Below, piece after piece: positions 47,136 to 57,270 of a DNA stretch of 64,000 nt. A program made the translations under genes and the position numbers. Positions within the stretch are counted from its first letter, which is position 1; each line of letters begins with the position of its first letter. The DNA comes from an uncultured virus (IMG/VR IMGVR_UViG_3300046692_000581). Its lineage: Duplodnaviria; Heunggongvirae; Uroviricota; Caudoviricetes. The notes under the pieces are model-generated. The model searched no databases. It was not told the DNA's origin and saw only the letters and a program-made list of their open reading frames with translations. The DNA is taken from the IMG/VR virus record IMGVR_UViG_3300046692_000581. One strand, written 5' to 3'.

Positions 47136-47695
47136 GAATAGGTGCCTTCAGTCTCTTCTATTGGATTGGCTGCTACCAGTACGCGAGCTTCCTTCAATTT
47201 CATTTTTGCTGGAAAGCTCGTCCAGGCATCGAGGGTTTCGTCGTTGTAGATCCCACTCAAATGTTGAATGAACACGATTGCCTCAACAGGCAGCCCATCG
47301 TAATTGGCCTTGATATGATGAATGCCATTGACTTCAACGGGCTCGTCGTCGATGGCAAAATACACCTCGCCCTCTTCGTAGCCGTATTCATCCATCCAGG
47401 CTTGAATTTCTTTTGTGCGCCCATTGCTTTGACCTTCGTCGCAATTTTGTGTGTAGCCAGTTCGCCATACGTGGTGAAAGGTCATGCCGCGCAGGCCGTA
47501 TTTTCTTTCCAACAGCTCAGCGGCGTGTACGGGGTCTTTACAAGCCGACCTCACGGTTGATGCCAACACAAGGCGCACTCCCGGTACTTGCAGTAGATTA
47601 TTGACGACTGCCACGGCAACAGGATCGTATTTCAGGCTCGCCAAGCCGCTTCTCATACTTTGTATTGGGCCGTCGATATCCAAAAACACGATCAT
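47132..47695 (-). CDS. HAD-superfamily phosphatase (RNA-repair-type HAD domain)
   Basis: IVFLDIDG, LVLAST.R, RTKEIQAW, FAIDDE. Confidence 0.8.
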   Translation of the reverse strand: MIVFLDIDGPIQSMRSGLASLKYDPVAVAVVNNLLQVPGVRLVLASTVRSACKDPVHAAELLERKYGLRGMTFHHVWRTGYTQNCDEGQSNGRTKEIQAWMDEYGYEEGEVYFAIDDEPVEVNGIHHIKANYDGLPVEAIVFIQHLSGIYNDETLDAWTSFPAKMKLKEARVLVAANPIEETEGTYS

Positions 47696-47855
47696 AGAGA
47701 AGTATCCTTATTGTTACGTTCTGACAAATTTGTGGGTTTGGAGCAATGCATGACACGCTTTGCGTGAAGGTTCCAGCGGGTGCTAGTCTACTCTTTGCAC
47801 TTTTGATTTGTCAATATAATAAACATAAAAGCCCAGGCATTGGCCTGGGCTTAGA

Positions 47856-48110
47856 TTACAGCAAATGCGCGGATTGCCGGTTCCTGTAGTAGTTTTTCTT
47901 GGCCTCCTTGAACACAACCTCACCTCCGTCTGGTTTAAGGTATGGCACAAGCTGAAGCTTCGATACAGCAAGAAGACGCCATTGCTGGTAGACGTTCAGT
48001 TCGAGCGTGGTCAAGTGCTCGCCATTGCGTTTACGCACAATGATTTCATACAGGTTGATTGGAACCCAACGTTCTTTGCGCTTGTGTTGAATGTGTGACG
48101 TTTCCATCAT
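47856..48110 (-). CDS. hypothetical protein
   Basis: 84 aa, GGAG SD, terminator downstream. Confidence 0.55.
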   Translation of the reverse strand: MMETSHIQHKRKERWVPINLYEIIVRKRNGEHLTTLELNVYQQWRLLAVSKLQLVPYLKPDGGEVVFKEAKKNYYRNRQSAHLL

Positions 48111-48207
48111 GATCTCCAGTTAGACTAGACCCATGAGTACCACCGAACCGCTGGATAGATTCGCCGAAAGGCGGTTACGGGGGAAGTTAAGCCCTCCCCC
48201 GTTCGTG

Positions 48208-49707
48208 TTAGATAATCTGAAACGAAATGCGGCCTTCTCGCAAGTTAAGACTCACGGTATGGAATTGAGTAAGGGTCATCGCCTTTTCCCACATCACCAC
48301 GGGCACATTCATCTCGCGACCTACAACAGCAAGGTGAGCTAGTTTTCCACCTGTGGCGCAGATCAGTGCTGATTTATGCTGGCTCGCAGATCGAAGCGCG
48401 GCATCGTATTCAACCCCTGCATGCGGAATGACCCCGATTTGTCCTTTCTTCAGGGTCTCCCCAGGCTGAAGCAACCGCACTTTGCCGGATACGTACTGCC
48501 GATCAGACTTCGACAGGGGAATGAAGTCAAAGCTTGCCAATTCAGAGACAACTTCCATCCGGTAGTGGTAGCTGCTCAGCTCGATGGCACGCTCTTTATC
48601 GTAAAACGCATCAAGATCAAGCCCGGCACCAATTACCCAATCACTGTGATACGGATTGTCATTTGGCATTTTCATGCCCGTAGGGCAAACAGAACGCCAT
48701 TCATCATGAATACCCAGCTCCACACCCGGCACATTGTCTAGCGACCATTTGTAAAACGCCAGTTTTGGAACCAACAGGAACCGGTCAAATGCCGAGGTGT
48801 CGATTTCAGCTTGCTGACCCTTTTCTTGAGGGCTTTTCAATTTGTAGATAGGCAGCTTCAACCACCCTTCCCCGTCTTGTGGGCCCGCTTTTTCGATAAT
48901 TTCCTTGCGCAATTGCGTAATGCCATCGGCGCGAAGCATATCCTCAACGTCGTACTTGTCTTGCTCCTCTTCAGGAGTCAGGCGATTGGTTCGATCCATC
49001 AGGTAAGCAGCATAGGCTTTAGGATCAGAACGTTTCTTGTCGAGCACTTCGCTCCAGGCGCCCGTTTCCTGAAGGGTGCGGCGTTCCACGTAAGCCTCTA
49101 TGGCTTCATATGGATCGGTATGAGGCGTAATCCATAGTGGATAGTCAGAAACCTGTTTCCAGATCACTGCCATCTCCTCAGGGCGTGTGGCATCGCGAAA
49201 TTCCATGCGAATGGTGTTTCCACGATCAGTCGGGAACGTAGCGAAGCGCGTTTCATTGGCATAGTGCAGGATTCGTGCTTTCAGGAACTGGTCGTCGTAC
49301 CATTCGCACTGCTCGGACAGTTCAAGCAAAGGTTCGTAGTCTTCAGGGCCAAGTACGCCGATCTTGTATTCCGGTTGGTAGACGTTATCGCCTTCGCGGT
49401 ACAGGCCAGCATATTGAAAGCCGAGAGTATCCAGATAGCCCAGGATTTGCGGATTCTTAGGATCAGCCTCGAAAATGCACATGTCAGCATTGGCTGTGGA
49501 GCCTTTCATGTCCAGGCGCCCCTCAAGAAGACCGAGTGCCAGTTCCATGGTGATGTGCTCAGGATCAGTGCCGATCAACAGCTTCAGCGCCCCGCGCCAG
49601 TCCTTGGACAGCACTTGCAGTCGAGCATGCTCGATGATGGCCGAGCTATCAATATTGAAGCTCACACTGACTTGCTTGAGGGCGGCGTTTCTCATTGACT
49701 GATCCAT
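48208..49707 (-). CDS. protein with C-terminal PEP-utilising mobile (phospho-His swivel) domain
   Basis: ALICATGGKLAHLAVVGREMNVPVV. Confidence 0.75.
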   Translation of the reverse strand: MDQSMRNAALKQVSVSFNIDSSAIIEHARLQVLSKDWRGALKLLIGTDPEHITMELALGLLEGRLDMKGSTANADMCIFEADPKNPQILGYLDTLGFQYAGLYREGDNVYQPEYKIGVLGPEDYEPLLELSEQCEWYDDQFLKARILHYANETRFATFPTDRGNTIRMEFRDATRPEEMAVIWKQVSDYPLWITPHTDPYEAIEAYVERRTLQETGAWSEVLDKKRSDPKAYAAYLMDRTNRLTPEEEQDKYDVEDMLRADGITQLRKEIIEKAGPQDGEGWLKLPIYKLKSPQEKGQQAEIDTSAFDRFLLVPKLAFYKWSLDNVPGVELGIHDEWRSVCPTGMKMPNDNPYHSDWVIGAGLDLDAFYDKERAIELSSYHYRMEVVSELASFDFIPLSKSDRQYVSGKVRLLQPGETLKKGQIGVIPHAGVEYDAALRSASQHKSALICATGGKLAHLAVVGREMNVPVVMWEKAMTLTQFHTVSLNLREGRISFQII

Positions 49708-49795
49708 GAAGTTGATTCGATGGAGTGACTATAGCGGAAAATGAATTTGATGTCAATGCAATTGACATCAATGAGCATTTTTGTGTGATCAATGG

Positions 49796-49948
49796 TCAGT
49801 GCCTGGACATCAAAAGCTCAGCGCCCTTTGGACTATCTGGTTCCACTTCAGTGGGTGGTAGGTTGATTGTGAGCACCATAATAACGGTGGCAATAATCAC
49901 AATCGTGGGCATGACATACCACGCCCAGGGCTTATCTTTGTTAGACAT
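49796..49948 (-). CDS. small single-TM protein (50 aa)
   Basis: MSNKDKPWAWYVMPTIVIIATVIMVLTINL... Confidence 0.45.
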   Translation of the reverse strand: MSNKDKPWAWYVMPTIVIIATVIMVLTINLPPTEVEPDSPKGAELLMSRH

Positions 49949-50148
49949 GAATGGGAGCCTATTATTGTGTAGGGCTATGATCTATAATTGGCCAATAATA
50001 TACCGGATATTGGATAAAAAGCCAGCCGACCTCCACTTTTAATTCGTGACAATGCTATTGACATTAATGTGTGTTTTGGCTATATTGAGTTCATTAAATA
50101 CGAACTGGCCAATTTGGCACTCTCCAACGAATAGAAAGGATACTTGTC

Positions 50149-50625
50149 ATGAACAACGGCGCAGCAGTGAAAACGAATGATCTTCTCCAGATCGGAGATG
50201 TGTTTGCTGTAAAGTCTGGGTTGAAAATCATGGTGAAGATCCCTGAGATGTTCATCTTCGATAACAAGCGAACTTCCAAAGAACTTGGAAGCACCATCAT
50301 TTCAGTAGGTGAAGTTAAGGACAACGGTGGCCGCAAAAAATTCAAGACGTCGCAGTTTGAAGGTGAATACTTGGTTGTGGATGCCAAGATGGATGGTGGC
50401 AGTGATTATAATGATCGCGACTACTATCCTCCAGGTCACCATGTGACGGCCAAGAAAATGGGCGCTGATGGCCAACCAGATGAAAATGGCGTGACCATCG
50501 ACTTTTACCAGTCCGGATCGTTTACCCATCGCAATGATCCGCAGACCACGCCTGTCCTGCGTCGTTATACCCGTGAAGTTCAGGTTATTTGGAAATCAGT
50601 TTCAATGCTTTTTCCAGAGGCTTGA
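50149..50625 (+). CDS. hypothetical protein
   Basis: 158 aa, AAGGA SD, TTGACA promoter. Confidence 0.7.
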   Translation: MNNGAAVKTNDLLQIGDVFAVKSGLKIMVKIPEMFIFDNKRTSKELGSTIISVGEVKDNGGRKKFKTSQFEGEYLVVDAKMDGGSDYNDRDYYPPGHHVTAKKMGADGQPDENGVTIDFYQSGSFTHRNDPQTTPVLRRYTREVQVIWKSVSMLFPEA

Positions 50626-50694
50626 TACTCCTAGGCCCCACGAATATTCAATAAAAAGCCCAAGCGCCTGAAGCACTTGGGCTTTTTAATGGCG

Positions 50695-52503
50695 TTAATT
50701 GAAATACTTCAGCGGGACAATTAGTTCGGCCTTGTTGGCATCATGAACTGTTTCAAAGTTGTCCATTGAATATGTCATTACAACATCTTTCAGCCAGTTC
50801 TTGGCAGTGCGATAATCCATTCCCTTCTGAATCTTCATAACAATGGCTTGAAGGCTTAGCTCGTCAAGAGTGAATGAGATTTTATTGCTGACGTCCATTT
50901 CAGAAATGGCGTCTTTGTACAAATTCCTAGCAATTATAGGTGTATCACTGGATTTTGGCTGTTCAATATCAAAGACTCGGATTCGTTTTTTAAGAGCTTC
51001 ATCCAGGCCATTAAGGTGATTGGCCGCGAAAATCCAAGAAACCCTACTTAAATCAACCGGGCATCGTGTGCACCCATCTACGAAGTTTTTTGCTTCTGCG
51101 GGATCTAGAAGGCTATTCAGCGCGTTCTCTGCCGGAATGCCATTAGAGTAGGGTTTGTTTATCAGGCCATGGAACTCATCAATAAACACAATGGGATTGA
51201 TTCTGGATGTGTCGTTGACGAGTTGTGTAACCATGCCTTGACTGGAGGAGTTCCAGGTTTTTTGCAAGCCGGTTAAAATGCTGCCACAAGTAATCTGAGC
51301 GGAATGAATCAAGAGCTTGGGCAGGCTTAAAGTGACCGCTAGCTTTATACAGAAAGCCGTTTTACCCGTGCCACTTGGCCCCTTTAAACAAATTGGAGGG
51401 AAATTAAATGGTTTCTGATTGATAAGCGAGAGTTTTGCTTGTTGCTCAATAAAGCCAAGAACTTCATGGAAGTTCGGAAATTCCAACTTCATGTTTGTTA
51501 TTTTCTGTACTTTCTCCTTCGTCATAAGTTCAAAGAAAATATCTTTGGCCTCATTTTCATCTTTGGTCCAATAGAATTTAAATGTCCCATACAGTTGATT
51601 TGTGTCCGAGACAATGTTTGTTTTAGATAATACTGGAGGGATGATGGGTGTTAATTCAGAGCTGTTATATTCAGCGATTAGTTGCTTTTCTAATTCGCTT
51701 AGTTGCGGATTGGCTTTCATCAATTTGTTTTTGTACATATGAAGTACGAATAGGCCAGCCTGTGGTTTGTGGGTAATATTACTAATCATGGCTGAACAAA
51801 ATAGGCTGGATAGAGCTGTATTGAATTGATCTCTGTCGAAATAAAAATCCATGCCCATGCGGAGTCCAAAACTTTCATCATCTTGCGTGCAGATGGCGTA
51901 GGCTAGCATGAGAAGGTATGCGCTTGCACTGCCTTCAACGGAATGATAGAAAGTTTTCACTTTATCGTCATCAACGATAATCATGATAGTGGACTTGATA
52001 TCTTTGGCGATGGCTATCTTGTTCGCCTGGGATTCTAGCTTGGCGATTTTGTAGGTAATGCATGCCGCCAGGAATGCGGCAGCAGTATCGGTGGTGGCAG
52101 TTGCTTTATATCCTTCAATGGATAACTTAAAGAGAGTGCTTTCTACATGCTTATAATTTTGCTTGAGATTAGTAGGAAGCATCCAATCGAAGTGCTTGAT
52201 AATAAAATTCTTGGCAATATTTTGTGGTCGCTGCCGTTGAGCTTTAATGCCGATATTGAAGTCATGTTTGATGATCTTTTCAGACATGGCCTTAAAATCA
52301 TCGCGATAACCCCAGTTAGATGAGTCGTCATGATTTACTGAGGCGATATAAATATCATTAATGTCTAAAAACACTTGCTTTTGAGAGTTCTGCTCACTGG
52401 CAGTTGAGTTTTCAAGGGATTTTTCATCCATGACCAGCAGTGCCTCAACAAGCTTTTTGATGTCTTCACCCTCATTGGTAATTTCTTTATTATTTTCAGC
52501 CAT
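50695..52503 (-). CDS. Lon-like AAA+ ATPase lacking a protease domain
   Basis: PPICLKGPSGTGKT, NPIVFIDEF, LLDPAEAKNFVD, PVDLSRVSWIFAAN. Confidence 0.85.
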   Translation of the reverse strand: MAENNKEITNEGEDIKKLVEALLVMDEKSLENSTASEQNSQKQVFLDINDIYIASVNHDDSSNWGYRDDFKAMSEKIIKHDFNIGIKAQRQRPQNIAKNFIIKHFDWMLPTNLKQNYKHVESTLFKLSIEGYKATATTDTAAAFLAACITYKIAKLESQANKIAIAKDIKSTIMIIVDDDKVKTFYHSVEGSASAYLLMLAYAICTQDDESFGLRMGMDFYFDRDQFNTALSSLFCSAMISNITHKPQAGLFVLHMYKNKLMKANPQLSELEKQLIAEYNSSELTPIIPPVLSKTNIVSDTNQLYGTFKFYWTKDENEAKDIFFELMTKEKVQKITNMKLEFPNFHEVLGFIEQQAKLSLINQKPFNFPPICLKGPSGTGKTAFCIKLAVTLSLPKLLIHSAQITCGSILTGLQKTWNSSSQGMVTQLVNDTSRINPIVFIDEFHGLINKPYSNGIPAENALNSLLDPAEAKNFVDGCTRCPVDLSRVSWIFAANHLNGLDEALKKRIRVFDIEQPKSSDTPIIARNLYKDAISEMDVSNKISFTLDELSLQAIVMKIQKGMDYRTAKNWLKDVVMTYSMDNFETVHDANKAELIVPLKYFN

Positions 52504-52627
52504 GAAGTTTGCCTTTTAAGTTTGAATTTATTGTACGTGAAAACCATAAAATGACAACTTGAAATCCATGGCTCATTTCGGCGCCAAACGAAAAAAGCCC
52601 CGCAAGCGGGGCTTTTAAGCGGTGACC

Positions 52628-53770
52628 TTAAAGGCCGATAAATGAAAGATAGATGAAGGTCGCAAACAAGACGAAATGCACCCCGCCTTCAATCGCATTA
52701 CTCTCACCGTCAGAAACGTTAAGTGCAGAAATTACCAGGGTTAGGCCGACCATTGCCATTTGAACTGGGGTCAGCGCCATGTCAATCTCATGCCCGGTAA
52801 ACAGAGAGATTAGTTCAATTACCGGGATTGTTAGAATCACGGTAGATAGGCTGGCGCCGAGGGCGATATTGACAACAACTTGCATTTTGTTATCCATTGC
52901 TGCACGCATCGCAGTTAGGATTTCTGGACTTGCGGAAATCAGTGCTACTACCAATCCAGCGAAAATTGGAGGAAACCCGCTGCCTTCCAATCCAACATTC
53001 ATGGCTTTCGACATGACTTCTGCGAGTAGGCCGGTGACAATAATGCCAGCAATAAGCATGACAGCAGAGAAACTGGTGCTTTCGTGTTCTTGTTCCAAAT
53101 CGTGCTGCGCCATTTCTTGTCGGTGTTTCGACTTTTCGTAATTGTACGAGAAGAAATAACTGTGTTCTTTAGTTTGCATCCGCAGAAACAAACTGTACAA
53201 AACGACCATGGAAATGATGGTAAAAACCGAGAAGGATTTCCAATGTTCAATAGTCACGAACTTAGGAATAACCATGGAAATGCCAACCGCCGCCATGATC
53301 ATAATCACATACGAGCGCCCAGAATCATCATTGTAAGGTTGTTCACCATGTTTGAATCCACCAAACAAAGCAGCCAAGCCGATAATCATATTCATATCAA
53401 TTTGGAGGCAAGCGTAAATAGTATCGCGAGCCAGCGTAGGTGATGGATTGTTCATCATCATAATGGCCAGAATTACAACTTCTACAAGCACCGCAGCGGT
53501 TGTAAGTATCATGGTGCCGTAGGGATCACCCACTTTCTCAGCCAGCACTTCAGCATGATGCGCAACACGAATGGCGGTCAGGATAATTGCACCGATGAGT
53601 GCAAAGGTTGCAATCAATGCAGGTACTTGTCCATGGGATACCAGCGTGTGCTCGATAGCGTAAGCCAAAATGGCCATTAGCAGTGCGGCGATGATCAGCT
53701 TCTCACCCTTGATGTTTTGAAGGGTAAAGGCCTTGGTGCCTACATCAAGCGTGGAGCTTCCTACGGTCAT
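52628..53770 (-). CDS. chaA: Ca2+(Na+)/H+ antiporter ChaA
   Basis: HHAEVLAEKVGDPYGTMILT, LARDTIY, SPEIL, NIALGASLST. Confidence 0.9.
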   Translation of the reverse strand: MTVGSSTLDVGTKAFTLQNIKGEKLIIAALLMAILAYAIEHTLVSHGQVPALIATFALIGAIILTAIRVAHHAEVLAEKVGDPYGTMILTTAAVLVEVVILAIMMMNNPSPTLARDTIYACLQIDMNMIIGLAALFGGFKHGEQPYNDDSGRSYVIMIMAAVGISMVIPKFVTIEHWKSFSVFTIISMVVLYSLFLRMQTKEHSYFFSYNYEKSKHRQEMAQHDLEQEHESTSFSAVMLIAGIIVTGLLAEVMSKAMNVGLEGSGFPPIFAGLVVALISASPEILTAMRAAMDNKMQVVVNIALGASLSTVILTIPVIELISLFTGHEIDMALTPVQMAMVGLTLVISALNVSDGESNAIEGGVHFVLFATFIYLSFIGL

Positions 53771-53922
53771 GGATAATTCCTTGAAAATAATTGGTTTGAG
53801 GCTTTTTGCGGCCTTAAATCTTGATGATCACAGGACTCGCCTGCTAAACAAGATGAATTATATTTTAATTTTGAATTTTAGTCAATATAATAAACGATAT
53901 TTAGGCTTTAAATCGTTGTGAA

Positions 53923-54123
53923 TCACTGATCCAGGCACACGCCAATGGCTTGGAATTTGTAATGTTTATCGATGATAAGGGTGTATTTCTCTTCCAATTT
54001 AAGCTTGGCTTGAGAGCATTTCGATGAGTCTGCAAAGGGGATCAGCAATGTGCTTGTGTTGCCTGCTCGGGTAATGCTTTCTACTGGCGTTGCATAGATG
54101 ACTAGACTGAGAATTACGCTCAT
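53923..54123 (-). CDS. hypothetical protein
   Basis: 66-aa ORF. Confidence 0.5.
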   Translation of the reverse strand: MSVILSLVIYATPVESITRAGNTSTLLIPFADSSKCSQAKLKLEEKYTLIIDKHYKFQAIGVCLDQ

Positions 54124-54200
54124 GGATTATACCGATGAACCTCGTTGCACGAGGATTGTCCAGGGTGTTGTGGCCTCCTTCCTGGGAGGCCACTCGCTTG

Positions 54201-54866
54201 TCAGGTGCGCACTTGTTCGTTTTCTGGGATGGTCATGGGTTTGCGCTTGAACACGACGAGGATTGCGCCCTCAGCTCGGCTACCTTGCAGACTGATGCGA
54301 TCATAGGCGCTTAGCTTGAACTTGCCCTTCTCCATTGCTGTGTCGACACCATCGAGGTAATTGCTTGTGCCGGTCTGTTTGCGCTGTGGCTTGATTTCGA
54401 TGGCGTTGGCTGGAATCATGCCCTCAGCATTGCAGGGAACGGCGATGTGACGCGCTGTCGGATTGCCATTCACGTCGCGAGTGAAGTCGTAAATTTTCAC
54501 CAGGACGTACTCTGCCGAGGCGATTTTCTGCGCTTCGTCGCAGACATGCTCCTCGTAGTATTCGGCGAAATACTTGGCAGCCTGCTTACGATCTTCAGGT
54601 TTAAATATCTTGTTCCAGTTGCCTTCTTTATCAAATTGCTTGGCATAGCTTTTGGCTGCTTCATCGGCGAGGTTTTCCCACACTTTGATGGCCTCTTCTG
54701 CCTTGTAGTTGCCAGCAGCGAGATGCTTGCTCAGGTTGATACAGATTGGCATCACTCGCGAATCGTACAGGGTGCCGTCGTTTACGGCAAACAGGGATAG
54801 TTCATTTGCAGCTTCAGACATAGTGGACATGATCGATTCCTGGGTGACTTCGGAGTTTGTTTTCAT
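54201..54866 (-). CDS. phage-type hypothetical protein
   Basis: ANELSLFAVNDGTLY...AAKSY.KQF...F...DR..AA. Confidence 0.75.
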   Translation of the reverse strand: MKTNSEVTQESIMSTMSEAANELSLFAVNDGTLYDSRVMPICINLSKHLAAGNYKAEEAIKVWENLADEAAKSYAKQFDKEGNWNKIFKPEDRKQAAKYFAEYYEEHVCDEAQKIASAEYVLVKIYDFTRDVNGNPTARHIAVPCNAEGMIPANAIEIKPQRKQTGTSNYLDGVDTAMEKGKFKLSAYDRISLQGSRAEGAILVVFKRKPMTIPENEQVRT

Positions 54867-54944
54867 GTGTCCATTATAAGGCGATTTAGAATATTGTCAA
54901 CCATATTGTCATTGCGTAGATGCTCTACTGCAAGAAAAGTGTAA

Positions 54945-55003
54945 ATCGGCAATATAATGCATACAAGAGGCATAAAATGGGAGATTATCGGCAATATAAT
55001 GCA
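54945..55003. repeat. two 17-bp direct repeats, 42-bp period
   Basis: ATCGGCAATATAATGCA at 54945 and 54987. Confidence 0.85.
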
Positions 55004-55056
55004 GATTGTGAAAGGATTGTGGCGAGGATTTGGAGATGGCGCGTTTAGTCGTGAAT

Positions 55057-55209
55057 TCATTTGGCCTGAATGCAAGAAGGCCACGCTTGTTCAGCATGGC
55101 CTTTGTTGTGCTTGCGATAACCGCGCTTATCGTCTTTACGGCGATCACGGTGCACCGCTGCTCGGCTGGTGGAGTGGAGGTTTTTTGCAACCAAATTGCC
55201 CTTTGCCAT
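55057..55209 (-). CDS. small basic ArfA-like protein (50 aa)
   Basis: MAKGNLVAKNLHSTSRAAVHRDRRKDDKRGYRKHNKG...; AAGGG SD; TTGACG-N17-TAAAAT promoter. Confidence 0.65.
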   Translation of the reverse strand: MAKGNLVAKNLHSTSRAAVHRDRRKDDKRGYRKHNKGHAEQAWPSCIQAK

Positions 55210-55331
55210 TTTCCCTTACCTATTTGGTGTGTTGTTGATTTATTTTACCGCAACGTAAAATAGACGTCAATATGATTGACTGAGGTTATGGGGCGTAAGC
55301 GCTGCATACGCCCTGTCGTCTAAATTAGCGC

Positions 55332-56072
55332 TTATTCGCCTTCCTCGTCTACGTCATTCTGGGAGCAGGAATCCAGTCGCCCCCTGAGCATTTCGAGGTC
55401 GTCTTCCAGCTGTTCATCATCATCCAGATTCAGGTCCATCATGATGGCCATGATCATGTCCCCGAGTGACAGTGAGTGTGCGTTGGCCATGAAGATGTGT
55501 AGCTCGCGCCTTTCGTAATCGATATTTGTTCTGTCTTCTGTTGCGTAATTCAGTTCCAGCTTGTATTTGTCGTTCAGGATTTTGATTGGCTGGTAGAACA
55601 CATCCCTGAGCGGCGTATAGGAGAGGCTCTGGTCACCTGCGATGGAGTGCCCGCAGAAGTGCGTTCCCACATTGACCGACATTGATGGGGTGTCGCTCCA
55701 AACCATTCTGAATCCGTTTTCTGGATCGTCGAAGTCCGCGTGCCCGGTGAGTTCGTTTTTCGAGGTGATTCCGTATTGTTGCAGCGTTAGGTACTGTATT
55801 TCGCCTTCGCCCCACGCTTGATCGGCTGGTCGGATGACTCCGACTCTTGCTGGGACTTTTTCTGCGTGTGCCATGAACGAATCTGTCCATGAGGTGAGCA
55901 GTCTTAGCGTTGGGTATTTGGTCAGGAGTCGTTTGACTGACAGGAGGCTGAAATTGCTCTCTGTTCCTGGCGCCAGTTGGAAGATTGAATGTGTATTTTC
56001 GAGTATTTTATCGTCGCATACGAGTTCTTCGTCGCGGAATACTTCGCCGGTACGTGCATTGAATGTGATCAT
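55332..56072 (-). CDS. hypothetical protein
   Basis: 246-aa acidic ORF. Confidence 0.7.
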   Translation of the reverse strand: MITFNARTGEVFRDEELVCDDKILENTHSIFQLAPGTESNFSLLSVKRLLTKYPTLRLLTSWTDSFMAHAEKVPARVGVIRPADQAWGEGEIQYLTLQQYGITSKNELTGHADFDDPENGFRMVWSDTPSMSVNVGTHFCGHSIAGDQSLSYTPLRDVFYQPIKILNDKYKLELNYATEDRTNIDYERRELHIFMANAHSLSLGDMIMAIMMDLNLDDDEQLEDDLEMLRGRLDSCSQNDVDEEGE

Positions 56073-56241
56073 TTTGATGTCTCTTTTCAGTTATAAGATA
56101 AGCATATTAGACATACAGGTCTCTCCCAGTAGCGCTCAGAAGGAAATCAAATATTTAGATTATGCGGCGGGAGCGGAACCACCGCAAAGATGTTTATTAT
56201 GCATGAATGATCATGTTTTGTCAACAATAATAGCTTGTTAA

Positions 56242-56634
56242 TTAAGCACTGCTACTCTGTTCCGTTTTTTTTGCTATTTTCTGTTCATTGAATCGTGTCA
56301 CGGCCTTTTTCCCGGCGCTGGCCAGCCATGGCACCATGAACTCTGGGACTCCAGCTTTCTCTGCAATTTTGGCAATGGCCATGTCGACATATTCCGTTGC
56401 ATCCCCCTCCCCTTTGCTAATATTTTTGAGGTTGGAAAGGTGTGACTTTACCTCTCGATAATCTAGGTACATCAGTACCGGCAAAACGAGAATGATCGTG
56501 CCGATGAATGCAAAAAAGGCAAGGGTTGGAAGCAATCCATCAAAAGACAATGTGGCTAGGATCCAGACCACCAATGAGCCAAATACCCACATGAGGTATG
56601 TTGGGAGATGACGCTTGAGAATCATAAAAAACAT
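56242..56634 (-). CDS. 2-TM membrane protein
   Basis: Two hydrophobic segments; AGGAG SD. Confidence 0.65.
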   Translation of the reverse strand: MFFMILKRHLPTYLMWVFGSLVVWILATLSFDGLLPTLAFFAFIGTIILVLPVLMYLDYREVKSHLSNLKNISKGEGDATEYVDMAIAKIAEKAGVPEFMVPWLASAGKKAVTRFNEQKIAKKTEQSSSA

Positions 56635-56643
56635 GTTTGGCTC

Positions 56644-57270
56644 CTATGCCAGTTGCGGTAGATCGTAAGAATTAATAAGAAGAAAGGACATGCATTTTCT
56701 GGCAATGTCCTGTTGATCATAGTCGGGCTGTAGTGCGGATCCCTTTTCAATCGGATAGGCGGCATGCAGGAATTCGTCAGCCAGCAATACAATCTGTCCT
56801 TTAACAACTGGGGTTTGCGTTCCCCAATTGGTCAAAATTGTACAGCCCTTGGGTGCATCCAATACCATAACCAGGGATCCGATTTGGGCGTCTAGATGAC
56901 GCGACTCATCGGTATGCGCTGACATAAATGAGCATGTCAAAAACTCGAAACACCCTTGTTTCAGGCTCAATAGATGACCCCAGCCTTCGATCAGAGGGGA
57001 AAGGCATGCTGAGTCCATTTCAACGGCCTCAGTCCAGTAGGCGTCCATATCTCCGTCCATATTGAGGTCAGGGTGGTAATTGATGTCGACAGATTTAATT
57101 GCTCCGCCGACGTTTTGTCCTTTCATGAATGCAGGAATGGTTCTTTCAAGGCAGGCCGTCAGCAACCTTGTACGCGCCGAATCACTGAGTTGTCCTATGT
57201 GCAGAATTCCTGTTTCATTCGGATGATCGAAGCCAAGCGTATTGGCCAGAAACGTTTTCTGCGCGATCAT
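56644..57270 (-). CDS. putative 2OG-Fe(II) oxygenase-like protein
   Basis: MSAHTD...SLVMVL...GQIVLL...LHAA (HxD...H triad). Confidence 0.55.
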   Translation of the reverse strand: MIAQKTFLANTLGFDHPNETGILHIGQLSDSARTRLLTACLERTIPAFMKGQNVGGAIKSVDINYHPDLNMDGDMDAYWTEAVEMDSACLSPLIEGWGHLLSLKQGCFEFLTCSFMSAHTDESRHLDAQIGSLVMVLDAPKGCTILTNWGTQTPVVKGQIVLLADEFLHAAYPIEKGSALQPDYDQQDIARKCMSFLLINSYDLPQLA

